From Chthoniobacterales bacterium (lineage in GTDB: Bacteria; Verrucomicrobiota; Verrucomicrobiia; Chthoniobacterales; JACTMZ01): 53,367 nucleotides of DNA. The DNA is taken from positions 1 to 53,367 of the forward strand of contig JBMOJP010000004.1 in the NCBI GenBank assembly GCA_049315725.1, in the 5' to 3' direction. A program made the position numbers and the translations under genes. Of the stretch, positions 34,675 through 43,403 are shown one piece after another. Numbering within the stretch: position 1 is the first letter of the stretch; each line of letters opens with the position of its first letter. Under the pieces are notes generated by a model. That model was not told the DNA's origin. It did no database searches and saw nothing but the letters and a program-made list of their open reading frames with translations.

Positions 34675-35786
34675 CATTTCTCGAGGTCATCTTTCGCGGT
34701 CTCTGGCGGCGTCCGGTGCGGACCGGACTCACCGGCCTCGGCATCGCCATCGGCATCGCGGCTTTCGTTGCGCTCGTGGGGATGTCCGCCGGCTACGAGA
34801 AAGGTGTCACGCGGCAACTCGACGTGATCGGCATCGACGTGGTCGTGAGCAACATGCAGGGCGGGATCATGCCCAAGGCCTTCGAGGAATCGGTGCGCGA
34901 GGGCGTAGCGGCGCTGCCCGGGGTGGCCGAGGCCAATGCCACGCTCATGCAGATGTTGAGCGTGGAGGACGCGCCCATGATGGTCGTTTACGGCCGCCAA
35001 TGGGATTCGTTCACCTGGGACAGCTTGAAAGTTCTGGAGGGACGGCTGCCCCGCGACGCCAACGAACCCGCCGTGGTGCTGGGTCAGCTGGCTGCCGAGA
35101 TGCTGGGCAAAAAGCCCGGCGACAAAATCCAGATCGAAACCGGCGAGTTTGAAGTCGTCGGCATCGTGGATGGACAGTCCGTGGTGGAAAATGGCGCCAT
35201 CAACATGGCTCTCCCGCGTTTTCAGGAGGTCAGCGGCTACCAGAACCGGGTCAATTTCATCAATGTCCGCGTGCCGCCGGGCGCCGACGAGGCGCAAATC
35301 GCCGATCTCTGCCGCCGGATCGAGCAGGCCTTTCCCGGATTGCGCGCCGTCAAGGCTGGAGACGTGGTCGGGACCAGCCAGGGATTCCAAATGGCCCAGG
35401 CCATGAGTTGGAGCACTTCGCTGCTCGCCCTCATCGTCGGGGTTCTTGGCGTGATGAACACCATGCTGATGAGTGTCTTCGAGCGGAAACACGAGATCGG
35501 TGTCCTCCTGGCCCTCGGCTGGAAGCGCTCGCGTATCATGGTCCTCATCCTCTGCGAGTCCGCCGCCCTAGGCCTGCTGGGCGGGGTCATCGGGGTGGCC
35601 CTCGGGGCCCTCACGCTGGCTGCCCTGGAGCTCACGCCGATGGTGCGAGGATTTCTTGAGCCCGACCTCGGATGGCCTCTCGCCTTCCGCGCCATCCTCA
35701 TCGCTCTGGCTGTCGGTGTGGTCAGCGGCTTCTACCCCGCGTGGCGCAGTTCCCGCCTTTCCCCCAGCATCGCGCTTCAAGGTTGA
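34671..35786 (+). CDS. ABC transporter permease, FtsX/MacB-like (4 TM plus periplasmic domain)
   Basis: N-terminal TM, a periplasmic domain of about 220 aa, and three C-terminal TMs. ATGA overlap with the ATPase gene. Confidence 0.8.
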   Translation: MTFLEVIFRGLWRRPVRTGLTGLGIAIGIAAFVALVGMSAGYEKGVTRQLDVIGIDVVVSNMQGGIMPKAFEESVREGVAALPGVAEANATLMQMLSVEDAPMMVVYGRQWDSFTWDSLKVLEGRLPRDANEPAVVLGQLAAEMLGKKPGDKIQIETGEFEVVGIVDGQSVVENGAINMALPRFQEVSGYQNRVNFINVRVPPGADEAQIADLCRRIEQAFPGLRAVKAGDVVGTSQGFQMAQAMSWSTSLLALIVGVLGVMNTMLMSVFERKHEIGVLLALGWKRSRIMVLILCESAALGLLGGVIGVALGALTLAALELTPMVRGFLEPDLGWPLAFRAILIALAVGVVSGFYPAWRSSRLSPSIALQG

Positions 35787-35827
35787 CCGTCGTGCGTTCG
35801 CGCTTTTCAGTGGCGGCAGATCCCCTC

Positions 35828-36595
35828 ATGAGAAGATTTTCCTCCCTCCGCACCTTCCTTTTTCTCCTCCTGCTTTCCCTGCCGGCGTCAGCCGAGGAAA
35901 TCTCGATGTTCGCCACGGAGCTGGCGGGTCAACTGGCTGCCGCCGTGCAGGACGGCAGCTCGGTCGCGCGGGTGAAGTTCAAGGTCGAGCCCGCCGGCGG
36001 CGCGGCTCCCACCGTGCTCCAACTCCAAATCAAGGCCCGCCGCACGGCTGACCAGTCCGAGGTCGCTTATGAGGTGCTCTGGCCGACCGAGCGCAAGGGC
36101 GAGCGCCTCGTCCTGCGCCAGCGCGGCAACGGCCCCGTCGAGGCCGCGACCTTCGTTCCCCCCGAAAAACGCCAGCGCCTGACCGCCGCACAATTGCTCG
36201 AACCCATCCTCGGCAGCGACCTCGCGGCGCACGATGCGGTGGAGAACTTTTTCCGCTGGAAACAGCAAGCGCTGGGCGGACGCGAGAAAATCGGCAACGC
36301 CGACTGCGTCCTCGTCGAGTCCCGGCCCGGCGCAGGAGACAGCAGCCCCTACGGCAAAGTCGTCAGTTGGATCGACCCCCGCAAAATGATCCCCCTGCGT
36401 ATCGAGAAGTTCGACAAATCCGGGAAGTTGGTGCGGCGGATCGAGACAACCCAGACCGCCAAGGACGACCGCGGCCGCAACGTGCCCGCCGCCATGACCG
36501 TGACCCGCGCCGCCGGCGGCAGCGTAACCGAGATCGACGGCTCGAACCTCCGCCACGACGTAACCGTAGGCGACGCGGATTTCGCCGGGCTCTAG
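35828..36595 (+). CDS. secreted LolA-like / outer-membrane lipoprotein-sorting family protein
   Basis: Signal peptide (LFLLLLSLPASA). The size and beta-rich sequence resemble LolA_like proteins commonly found next to MacB-type ABC pairs. Internal Met of ORF 35672..36595. Confidence 0.55.
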   Translation: MRRFSSLRTFLFLLLLSLPASAEEISMFATELAGQLAAAVQDGSSVARVKFKVEPAGGAAPTVLQLQIKARRTADQSEVAYEVLWPTERKGERLVLRQRGNGPVEAATFVPPEKRQRLTAAQLLEPILGSDLAAHDAVENFFRWKQQALGGREKIGNADCVLVESRPGAGDSSPYGKVVSWIDPRKMIPLRIEKFDKSGKLVRRIETTQTAKDDRGRNVPAAMTVTRAAGGSVTEIDGSNLRHDVTVGDADFAGL

Positions 36596-36744
36596 GTTTT
36601 GTCCGTTCCTTCGTGGTCTGCCGCACTTGATAAAACAGTCGCCCGCCTCAAGCGCACTTGGACCTGACCCCAAAGCTGACGCCACCCCAAAGCTCGCGGC
36701 TCACATTGAGTATTTCGGGCAACCGTGACCAGACTGCATGCTGT

Positions 36745-37302
36745 CTACTGGAGGAATTTCGACCCCAGTCGCACAAGGTCCTGCATGTCGACGTCGCCGT
36801 CGTTGTCGGAGTCGAGGAAGTTTTGCAAAAGCGGGTTGGCTCCGGGGTTGGTGATGGCCGCGCCCTGCTGGGCTGACGGGGCGGCGCCGCTGCGGGATCC
36901 GGATCGCAGGAGCGAAACGACGGCGGGCAGAATGACCGGGAGCATGCTGAGGATGGTGTCAACGGGTAGCCCGCTTTTCTGTTGCGCTTGAGTGACCATC
37001 TGGTTCATGCGATCGGGACCGAGGGTGCGCTCGAGGTGTTGGGGCGAGCCGGCGTTTTGCGTGAGTGAGCCGAGCAGGGCGTCGATGCCCTCGATGCCGC
37101 CAGTCTGGCCGGCCTCGCGCAGGGCGGGCTTGAGCAAGCCGCCGATCGTGCCGGCCAGGCTCTCGCTGGCGCCCGCGGACACTGCGGGTGCCGCCGATTG
37201 GGCTCCGCCGGTCAGGGCAGCGAGGAGGCCTTCAAGGTCGGATTTTTGCGTGCCGGCTTGGGGATCTTGGATCGAGTTAACGAGGGTTTCGAAGAAGTTC
37301 AT
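36745..37302 (-). CDS. DUF937-like protein
   Basis: MNFFETLVNSIQDPQ...NPLLQNFLDSDNDGDVDMQDLVRLGSKFLQ. Only the C-terminal 185 aa of ORF 36745..38160 looks coding, because the rest is antisense to the next gene. Confidence 0.55.
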   Translation of the reverse strand: MNFFETLVNSIQDPQAGTQKSDLEGLLAALTGGAQSAAPAVSAGASESLAGTIGGLLKPALREAGQTGGIEGIDALLGSLTQNAGSPQHLERTLGPDRMNQMVTQAQQKSGLPVDTILSMLPVILPAVVSLLRSGSRSGAAPSAQQGAAITNPGANPLLQNFLDSDNDGDVDMQDLVRLGSKFLQ

Positions 37303-37395
37303 AGAATTTTGATCTTGGCGCATTCGGTCAGCGAGGGGAAGCCGCAACGATGTCCATGCCGCGGGCTTGTGCCCTGCTCCGACCTCGGGTAACTG

Positions 37396-38259
37396 GTGGG
37401 GATGAAATGGTCCGGTCGCCGCGAAAGCACCAATGTGGAGGATCGCCGGGGGATGAGCCCGACCGGCCGCACCGTGGTCGGCGGCGCGGGTTTGCTCATC
37501 ATTCTGGCCGTCGCGTTGTTCACCGGGGCGGACCCGATCCGGTTGATGGACGACCTGGGCGTGGATACGGGAGCGGGGCCGACGCAGACGCAGACGGCAC
37601 CCGCGGCCGACGATGGCGTTCGCAAGTTTGTCTCCACCGTGCTGGCCGATACCGAGGACGTCTGGACCGAGGCCTTCGCCAAATCGGGAAAATCCTACAC
37701 CCCGCCGCGTCTCGTGCTCTACTCTGGTCGGACGCCGATGCCCGGGGGATTGGCGCAGGGTGCGACGGGGCCGTTTTATCTGCCGACCGATCAGACCATC
37801 TATCTGGACTTCTCGTTTTTCGATGAAATGCGCCGGCGGTTCGGCATGACCGGGGATTTCGCCGCCGCTTACGTGATTGCGCACGAGGTCGGGCACCATG
37901 TGCAACATTTGCTCGGGTTGACCGACAAAGTGCATGGCGCGATGGGACGCACCTCGGAGGCGGAATACAACCAGATGTCCGTGCGTCTGGAGCTCCAGGC
38001 CGATTTTCTCGCCGGGGTGTGGGCGCACCACGCGCAACAGCGGTGGGACATTCTGGAGGAAGGGGACATCGACGATGCGATCAATGCGGCCGAGACCGTG
38101 GGCGATGACCGTTTGCAGTCGGCCACGCGCGGTTACGTGGTGCCGGACTCCTTCACCCACGGCAGGGCCGAACAGCGCCGGCGATGGTTTCTCCAGGGGT
38201 TCAAATCCGGCCGACTCTCCGAGGGCAACACCTTCGACGTGCCTTACGATCGGCTCTGA
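37396..38259 (+). CDS. YpfJ-like neutral zinc metallopeptidase
   Basis: RRESTNVEDRRG N-terminus, one TM, and the HEVGHHVQ (HExxH) motif. Confidence 0.75.
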   Translation: MGMKWSGRRESTNVEDRRGMSPTGRTVVGGAGLLIILAVALFTGADPIRLMDDLGVDTGAGPTQTQTAPAADDGVRKFVSTVLADTEDVWTEAFAKSGKSYTPPRLVLYSGRTPMPGGLAQGATGPFYLPTDQTIYLDFSFFDEMRRRFGMTGDFAAAYVIAHEVGHHVQHLLGLTDKVHGAMGRTSEAEYNQMSVRLELQADFLAGVWAHHAQQRWDILEEGDIDDAINAAETVGDDRLQSATRGYVVPDSFTHGRAEQRRRWFLQGFKSGRLSEGNTFDVPYDRL

Positions 38260-38319
38260 TTGGTGCGGTCGCGATTTTTGCGCGTTTCCTCGCGGAGCGG
38301 GACGCTATAAAAGAAACTT

Positions 38320-39354
38320 ATGGAATTGGTCAAGGTCGCCATTGTCGGCGCGAGCGGTTACTCGGGAGAGGAACTGCTCGCCCTCCTGGCGAGGCATCCA
38401 CGGGTGGACGTGGTCGCGGTGACGTCGCGCCAGTCGGCCGGACAGACCGTGCCGGAGGTCTTTCCGCAAATGGCGGGATCGCGGTTGGCCGGAATGAAGT
38501 TTGTCGAGCCCTCAGCCGGCGTTCTGCTGCAATCCGGTGCGACCACGGTTTTCCTCGCGTTGCCGCACGGGCTGGCCGCGGAGTTTGCCGCGCCGCTGCG
38601 GCGGGCGGGTATTCAAGTCGTGGACCTCAGCGCGGATTTCCGGCTCAAGTCGCCCGAAGTTTTCGCCGAATTTTACGGAGGCAGCCATCCGGCACCGGAC
38701 TTGCTCGCGGAATCGGTTTATGCCCTGCCGGAGATTTGCGGCGATGCCGTGTTGGCCGGGGCGGGGCTGTTGGCCTGCCCGGGATGCTATCCCACGAGCA
38801 TTCTCGTGCCGCTGGTGTCCCTGTTGCGGCGGAAGCTGATCGAGCCAGATTCGATCGTGATCAACAGCTTGAGCGGGGTCAGCGGGGCCGGACGCAAGGC
38901 GGAGGTTCCGCTTCTTTTCGCCGAGTGCAATGAAAGCCTGCGGGCTTACGGCGCGCCCAAACACCGGCATCTTTCCGAGATCGAGCAGGAGCTGGCCGCA
39001 GCTGCGGGCGGCCCGGTCACGGTTAGTTTCACCCCGCATCTGGTGCCGGTGACGCGGGGAATGATTTCGACCATCGTGGTCCGCCCGGTTGGCGGCGCAG
39101 GCGCGCGGGAAGTTGAGGCTGCGTGGGCGGCGGACTATGCCAACCGCCCTTTCGTCCGGCGCGTGGCGCATCTGCCGGAATCGAAACATGTGATGAAGAC
39201 CAACTTCATCGATCTGGCTGTGCGGGAAGATGCGCGCACCCGGCGGCTGCTGCTCTTCAGCGCGCTGGACAACCTGACCAAGGGCGCGGCTGGACAAGCC
39301 GTGCAGGCTTTCAATCTTTCGCAGGGCTGGGACGAAGGAACGGGACTTTTATGA
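38320..39354 (+). CDS. argC: N-acetyl-gamma-glutamyl-phosphate reductase
   Basis: VAIVGASGYSGEEL..., active-site CPGCYPTS. Confidence 0.9.
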   Translation: MELVKVAIVGASGYSGEELLALLARHPRVDVVAVTSRQSAGQTVPEVFPQMAGSRLAGMKFVEPSAGVLLQSGATTVFLALPHGLAAEFAAPLRRAGIQVVDLSADFRLKSPEVFAEFYGGSHPAPDLLAESVYALPEICGDAVLAGAGLLACPGCYPTSILVPLVSLLRRKLIEPDSIVINSLSGVSGAGRKAEVPLLFAECNESLRAYGAPKHRHLSEIEQELAAAAGGPVTVSFTPHLVPVTRGMISTIVVRPVGGAGAREVEAAWAADYANRPFVRRVAHLPESKHVMKTNFIDLAVREDARTRRLLLFSALDNLTKGAAGQAVQAFNLSQGWDEGTGLL

Positions 39355-40562
39355 GCGGGATCAAATCGATCAAGGGCGGCGTGACGGCCGCGAGCGGGTT
39401 CCGTGCAGCGGCGGTTTTTGCCGGGATCAAAGCCTCGAACAAGGGCCGCGACGACATGGCCCTGGTGGCTTCGGAGATTCCGGCCACCGCCGCAGGAGTT
39501 TTTACGACCAACCGGGTCAAAGCCGCGCCGGTGCGGGTTTCCCGCGCGCACCTGCGCGCCGCGCACGCCTGTGCCGTGCTGCTCAACAGCGGCAACGCCA
39601 ACGCCTGCACCGGGCCGTGCGGCATTGCGGCGGCCAAGTCTCTCGCCGGCCAGATGGCCGACGCTCTCGATTGCGGGGTGCGGCGGGTGCTGGTCTGTTC
39701 GACCGGGCGGATCGGTGTGCCTTTGCCGGTGGAAAAAATGGCGGCCAAACTCCCCGACCTGGCCGCCCGCCTCTCTGCCAAAAGCGGGCTTCTGGCCGCA
39801 AAAGCCATCATGACCAGCGACACCTTCCCCAAGCAATACGCGCTGGAAGTTCGCGCGGCCGGTGGAACATTCCGCGTCGGCGGCATGGCCAAAGGTGCCG
39901 GAATGATCAATCCCAACATGGCAACGATGCTCTGCGTTCTCACCACCGATGCAAAAATCGCCAAGGGTGCGCTGCACAACGCCCTGCATGCCGCGGTGGA
40001 GAAAACCTTCAACCGCATCACGGTGGACGGCGACATGAGCACGAACGACACCGTCCTCGCCCTGGCCAACGGAGCAGCGGGCGGCGCCGCCATCAAGGCC
40101 GGCGCGCCCGACCACACGCTTTTCCTCGAGGCCCTGAGCGAGGTCTGCCTCAAACTCGCGCACATGATCGTCGAGGACGGCGAGGGGGTCTCGAAGTTCG
40201 TCACCGTGCAGGTGCGCGGGGCCTCGAGTCTGCAGGCCGCGCGCAAGGTGGCCGAGGCGGTGGCGAATTCCACCCTGGTCAAGTGCGCCTGGGCCGGGAA
40301 CGATCCGAATTGGGGCCGCATCCTTGACGCCGCCGGCTACTGCGGCGTGCGCATTCGTGAGGAACTCGTCGACATTTACTATGATGGCCTGGCGGCGGTG
40401 CGGGGCGGGACCGTGGCGCCCACTCCGAAGGAGAAGCTGGTCGCCGCCGTCTCCAACAAGAGATTCACCGTCACGCTGGACCTGCAGCAGGGCAAAGCCT
40501 CCTACAAGGTCTACACGACCGACCTGACCGAAAAATACGTCGAGCTCAACCTCAGTGAATAA
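39351..40562 (+). CDS. argJ: bifunctional ornithine acetyltransferase / N-acetylglutamate synthase
   Basis: GVTAASGFRAAAVFAGIK..., autoproteolytic site region ATMLCVLTTDA. ATGA overlap with argC. Confidence 0.9.
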   Translation: MSGIKSIKGGVTAASGFRAAAVFAGIKASNKGRDDMALVASEIPATAAGVFTTNRVKAAPVRVSRAHLRAAHACAVLLNSGNANACTGPCGIAAAKSLAGQMADALDCGVRRVLVCSTGRIGVPLPVEKMAAKLPDLAARLSAKSGLLAAKAIMTSDTFPKQYALEVRAAGGTFRVGGMAKGAGMINPNMATMLCVLTTDAKIAKGALHNALHAAVEKTFNRITVDGDMSTNDTVLALANGAAGGAAIKAGAPDHTLFLEALSEVCLKLAHMIVEDGEGVSKFVTVQVRGASSLQAARKVAEAVANSTLVKCAWAGNDPNWGRILDAAGYCGVRIREELVDIYYDGLAAVRGGTVAPTPKEKLVAAVSNKRFTVTLDLQQGKASYKVYTTDLTEKYVELNLSE

Positions 40563-40565
40563 GCC

Positions 40566-41444
40566 ATGAGTCTGCCCGACGCCACCCTCCGCGCGGCCGT
40601 GCTGGTCGAGGCGCTTCCGTTTTTGCAAACCTTCCGCGGCTGCACCTTCGTGATCAAATACGGGGGGAGCGCAATGGAAAGCGACGACGCGGTTGAGCGC
40701 TTGCTCCGTGATGTGGTCTTTCTCGAGGCGGTCGGAATCAATCCGGTGCTGGTGCACGGCGGCGGCAAGGCGATCAGCGCCCGCATGCGCGCAGCCGGCT
40801 TGGCTGCACGCTTCGTCCACGGGTTGCGCGTGACCGATGTATCCTCCATCCGCATCGTCGAGGACGTGCTCGACCACGAGGTCAACCCGCGCTTGGTCTC
40901 GGCCATCGGCGAATTCGGCGGCCGCGCCCGCGGGTTCTCGGGACGCGATGTGCTCAAGGCGGAAAAATTGCCGCCGGTCGACGATGGCGAGGGTGGCACG
41001 GAGGACCTTGGATTCGTCGGCCGGGTCACCGGCGTGGACACGACCGAATTGGAGCGCGTCCTGCAGGAGGAGCGCGTGCCGGTGGTGTCGCCGCTCGGGC
41101 GCGGAGCGGATGGCCAGACGCTCAACGTCAACGCGGACGAAGCCGCCGCGGCCATCGCCGGCGCGCTGCGGGCGACCAAGCTGATTTTTCTCAGCGACGT
41201 GCCCGGAATCATGCGGGATCGTGAGGACCCCGGGTCGCTGGTGGCGACGGTCCGCGCGGCGCAGGTGGAAACGCTCATCCGGCAAAAAGTGCTCGAGGGC
41301 GGCATGATTCCGAAGGTCCAGGGCGCGGTGGCCGCCTTGGAAAAAGGCGTGGGCAAGACGCATATGATTGACGGGAGGCTGGCCCATGCTTTGCTGCTGG
41401 AAATTTTCACCAATGAAGGCGTCGGCACTGAAATTGTGGCTTAG
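40566..41444 (+). CDS. argB: acetylglutamate kinase
   Basis: FVIKYGGSAM..., VLVHGGG, NVNADEAAAAIA motifs. Confidence 0.9.
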   Translation: MSLPDATLRAAVLVEALPFLQTFRGCTFVIKYGGSAMESDDAVERLLRDVVFLEAVGINPVLVHGGGKAISARMRAAGLAARFVHGLRVTDVSSIRIVEDVLDHEVNPRLVSAIGEFGGRARGFSGRDVLKAEKLPPVDDGEGGTEDLGFVGRVTGVDTTELERVLQEERVPVVSPLGRGADGQTLNVNADEAAAAIAGALRATKLIFLSDVPGIMRDREDPGSLVATVRAAQVETLIRQKVLEGGMIPKVQGAVAALEKGVGKTHMIDGRLAHALLLEIFTNEGVGTEIVA

Positions 41445-42567
41445 GGTTTGTTGCCTCCTCCTCGCGGCGGCGCTCGGCGCGCAGGCCGAGTTCCGCGGGG
41501 CGTGGATCTCGACCGTTTACAACCTTGACTGGCCGTCGGAGGGTTCCTCCCCCGCGGAGCAGAAAGCCGAATTGGTCCGGTTGCTTGATGCGGCCAAATC
41601 GCTCGGGCTGACCGATGTTTTTTTCCAGGTCAGGCCGGAAGGGGATGCCTTCTATCGTTCTTCGCTCGAGCCCTGGAGCCGCTTCCTGACCGGCACACAG
41701 GGGAAGGATCCGGGCTATGATCCGCTGGAGTTGTGTCTGGCCGAGGCGGGCCGGCGGGGCATCCGTGTGCACGCCTGGCTCAATCCCTACCGCGCTTCGA
41801 TCAAGGCCGGAGCCTCGCTGGCCTCCAACCACATGGCCCGGCGCTTCAGCGCCTACGCCTACAAGGTCGGTTCCGTCGTCTGCATGGACCCGGGTTCGCC
41901 CGAGGTGCAGGACCATGTCGTCAAAGTTGTGACCGACATCGCCCGCCGCTACGCCGTGGCCGGGATTCACCTCGACGATTATTTTTATCCCTATCCTCCG
42001 AAGGGCGGAAAAGTGAACTTCCCCGATGGCAAGACCTACCAGCGTTACCGGGACGGGGGGGGCAAACTCGAACTCGGCGACTGGCGCCGCGACAACGTCA
42101 ACCGCCTCGTGGCGCGGGTGCATCAGGCCGTCAAGGCCGCCCGGCCGGGCGCGGTTTTCGGCATCAGTCCGTTCGGCATCTACACGAAAGGAAAGCCGTC
42201 CACGGTCGAGGCGGGCCTTGATCAACTCAACGAGATCTTCGCCGATCCTGTGCAGTGGATGCGCAGCGCTTCGGTGGATTATCTGGTGCCGCAGCTTTAT
42301 TGGAAGGACGGCTCGGCCCAGTCGTTCAGCGAACTGCTCAAGTGGTGGCGTGGCTCCGAAGCGAATCCTCGGGGCGTGCCCATCTACCCGGGCATTGCGG
42401 CCTACCGCATGAGCGAGCAGGGCTGGCCGCCGCAGGAAATTCTCCGTCAGGTTGCCCTCTCCCGCACGGTCGGCAAGGGTCCTTCGGGTCAGGTGTTTTT
42501 TCGCCTCGGCACGCTGGCGGACAACACTAAGGGGATCGTGACGCAGCTTAAAAAGGCCGGCTACTGA
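41413..42567 (+). CDS. secreted glycoside-hydrolase-like family 10 (GHL10 / YngK-like) protein
   Basis: Signal peptide, then EFRGAWISTVYNLDWPS...VFFQVRPEGDAFY...HAWLNPYR. Confidence 0.7.
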   Translation: MKASALKLWLRVCCLLLAAALGAQAEFRGAWISTVYNLDWPSEGSSPAEQKAELVRLLDAAKSLGLTDVFFQVRPEGDAFYRSSLEPWSRFLTGTQGKDPGYDPLELCLAEAGRRGIRVHAWLNPYRASIKAGASLASNHMARRFSAYAYKVGSVVCMDPGSPEVQDHVVKVVTDIARRYAVAGIHLDDYFYPYPPKGGKVNFPDGKTYQRYRDGGGKLELGDWRRDNVNRLVARVHQAVKAARPGAVFGISPFGIYTKGKPSTVEAGLDQLNEIFADPVQWMRSASVDYLVPQLYWKDGSAQSFSELLKWWRGSEANPRGVPIYPGIAAYRMSEQGWPPQEILRQVALSRTVGKGPSGQVFFRLGTLADNTKGIVTQLKKAGY

Positions 42568-43403
42568 CGTCTAAGGAGGGCCGCCGCCAGGGCGGTGATT
42601 TTCTCCGCAGTGGACAGACGGTAACGCACCTCCACAACGCGCAAACCGTCGCCAAGCATTTTGCCCAGCAATTGCGCGTAAACGGCGCCCATCAAGCGCG
42701 CCGGGCGCAGTGCACGCCGATCATCCGCCGGTTGAAGTCGCGCGGCTTCGGCGTAGAGTCGCGCGTTTTCGGCCGCGAACCTTTGCAGAAAAGCCTGCCG
42801 TTTTTGGTCCCGCCGGAAAAAATCATCCGCGTCGATCCCGTCTGCGGCCAGTTCGTCGAGGGCATAGTAAAGGCGCCCGCGCTGCCAATCAGACGCCGTG
42901 TCGCGCAGGATGTTGGTGTATTGCAGGGCGCGTCCGAGGGTCTCGGCATAGGCGGCCGCCCGCTGCGGGTTCGCGCCGAAAATCGGCAGGCAGAGCAGGC
43001 CGACGGTCCCGGCCACGCGGTGACAGTAAAGGTCGAGGTCCGCCCGCGTGGGCATGCGCACCGGGGTCGAGAGATCGGTCGCCACGCCTTCGAGGAGTTC
43101 GAGGAAAATCGCCGGGTCGAGTCTGCGGCGTTGCACCATCTCGCGCAGATTGTCCGGCAGGCCCGCACGTCCCGGATCGCGGAAGCCATCACGCCAGGCG
43201 GCCAGAGCTTCCAGTCGCAAGGCCCCAGGGCCGGGAATGGCGTCGTCCGCCAGGTCGTCCACCCGGCGGCAGAAGGCGTAGAGAATCTCGAGATCGTGCC
43301 GCCGTGCGGAGGGGAGGAGGCGGAAAGCCGGAGCGAAGCTCGATCTGCTGGCCCGCACCTCGGAGGCGGCATCGAGATGCGCGGGCGGCAGCAGGTGGTT
43401 CAT
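42561..43403 (-). CDS. squalene/phytoene synthase family protein (HpnC/HpnD/CrtB-like)
   Basis: SFAPAFRLLP...YAFCRRVDDLADD (first Asp-rich motif) and NILRDTASDWQRGRLY (second motif region). Internal Met of ORF 42561..43610. Confidence 0.8.
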   Translation of the reverse strand: MNHLLPPAHLDAASEVRASRSSFAPAFRLLPSARRHDLEILYAFCRRVDDLADDAIPGPGALRLEALAAWRDGFRDPGRAGLPDNLREMVQRRRLDPAIFLELLEGVATDLSTPVRMPTRADLDLYCHRVAGTVGLLCLPIFGANPQRAAAYAETLGRALQYTNILRDTASDWQRGRLYYALDELAADGIDADDFFRRDQKRQAFLQRFAAENARLYAEAARLQPADDRRALRPARLMGAVYAQLLGKMLGDGLRVVEVRYRLSTAEKITALAAALLRRQ

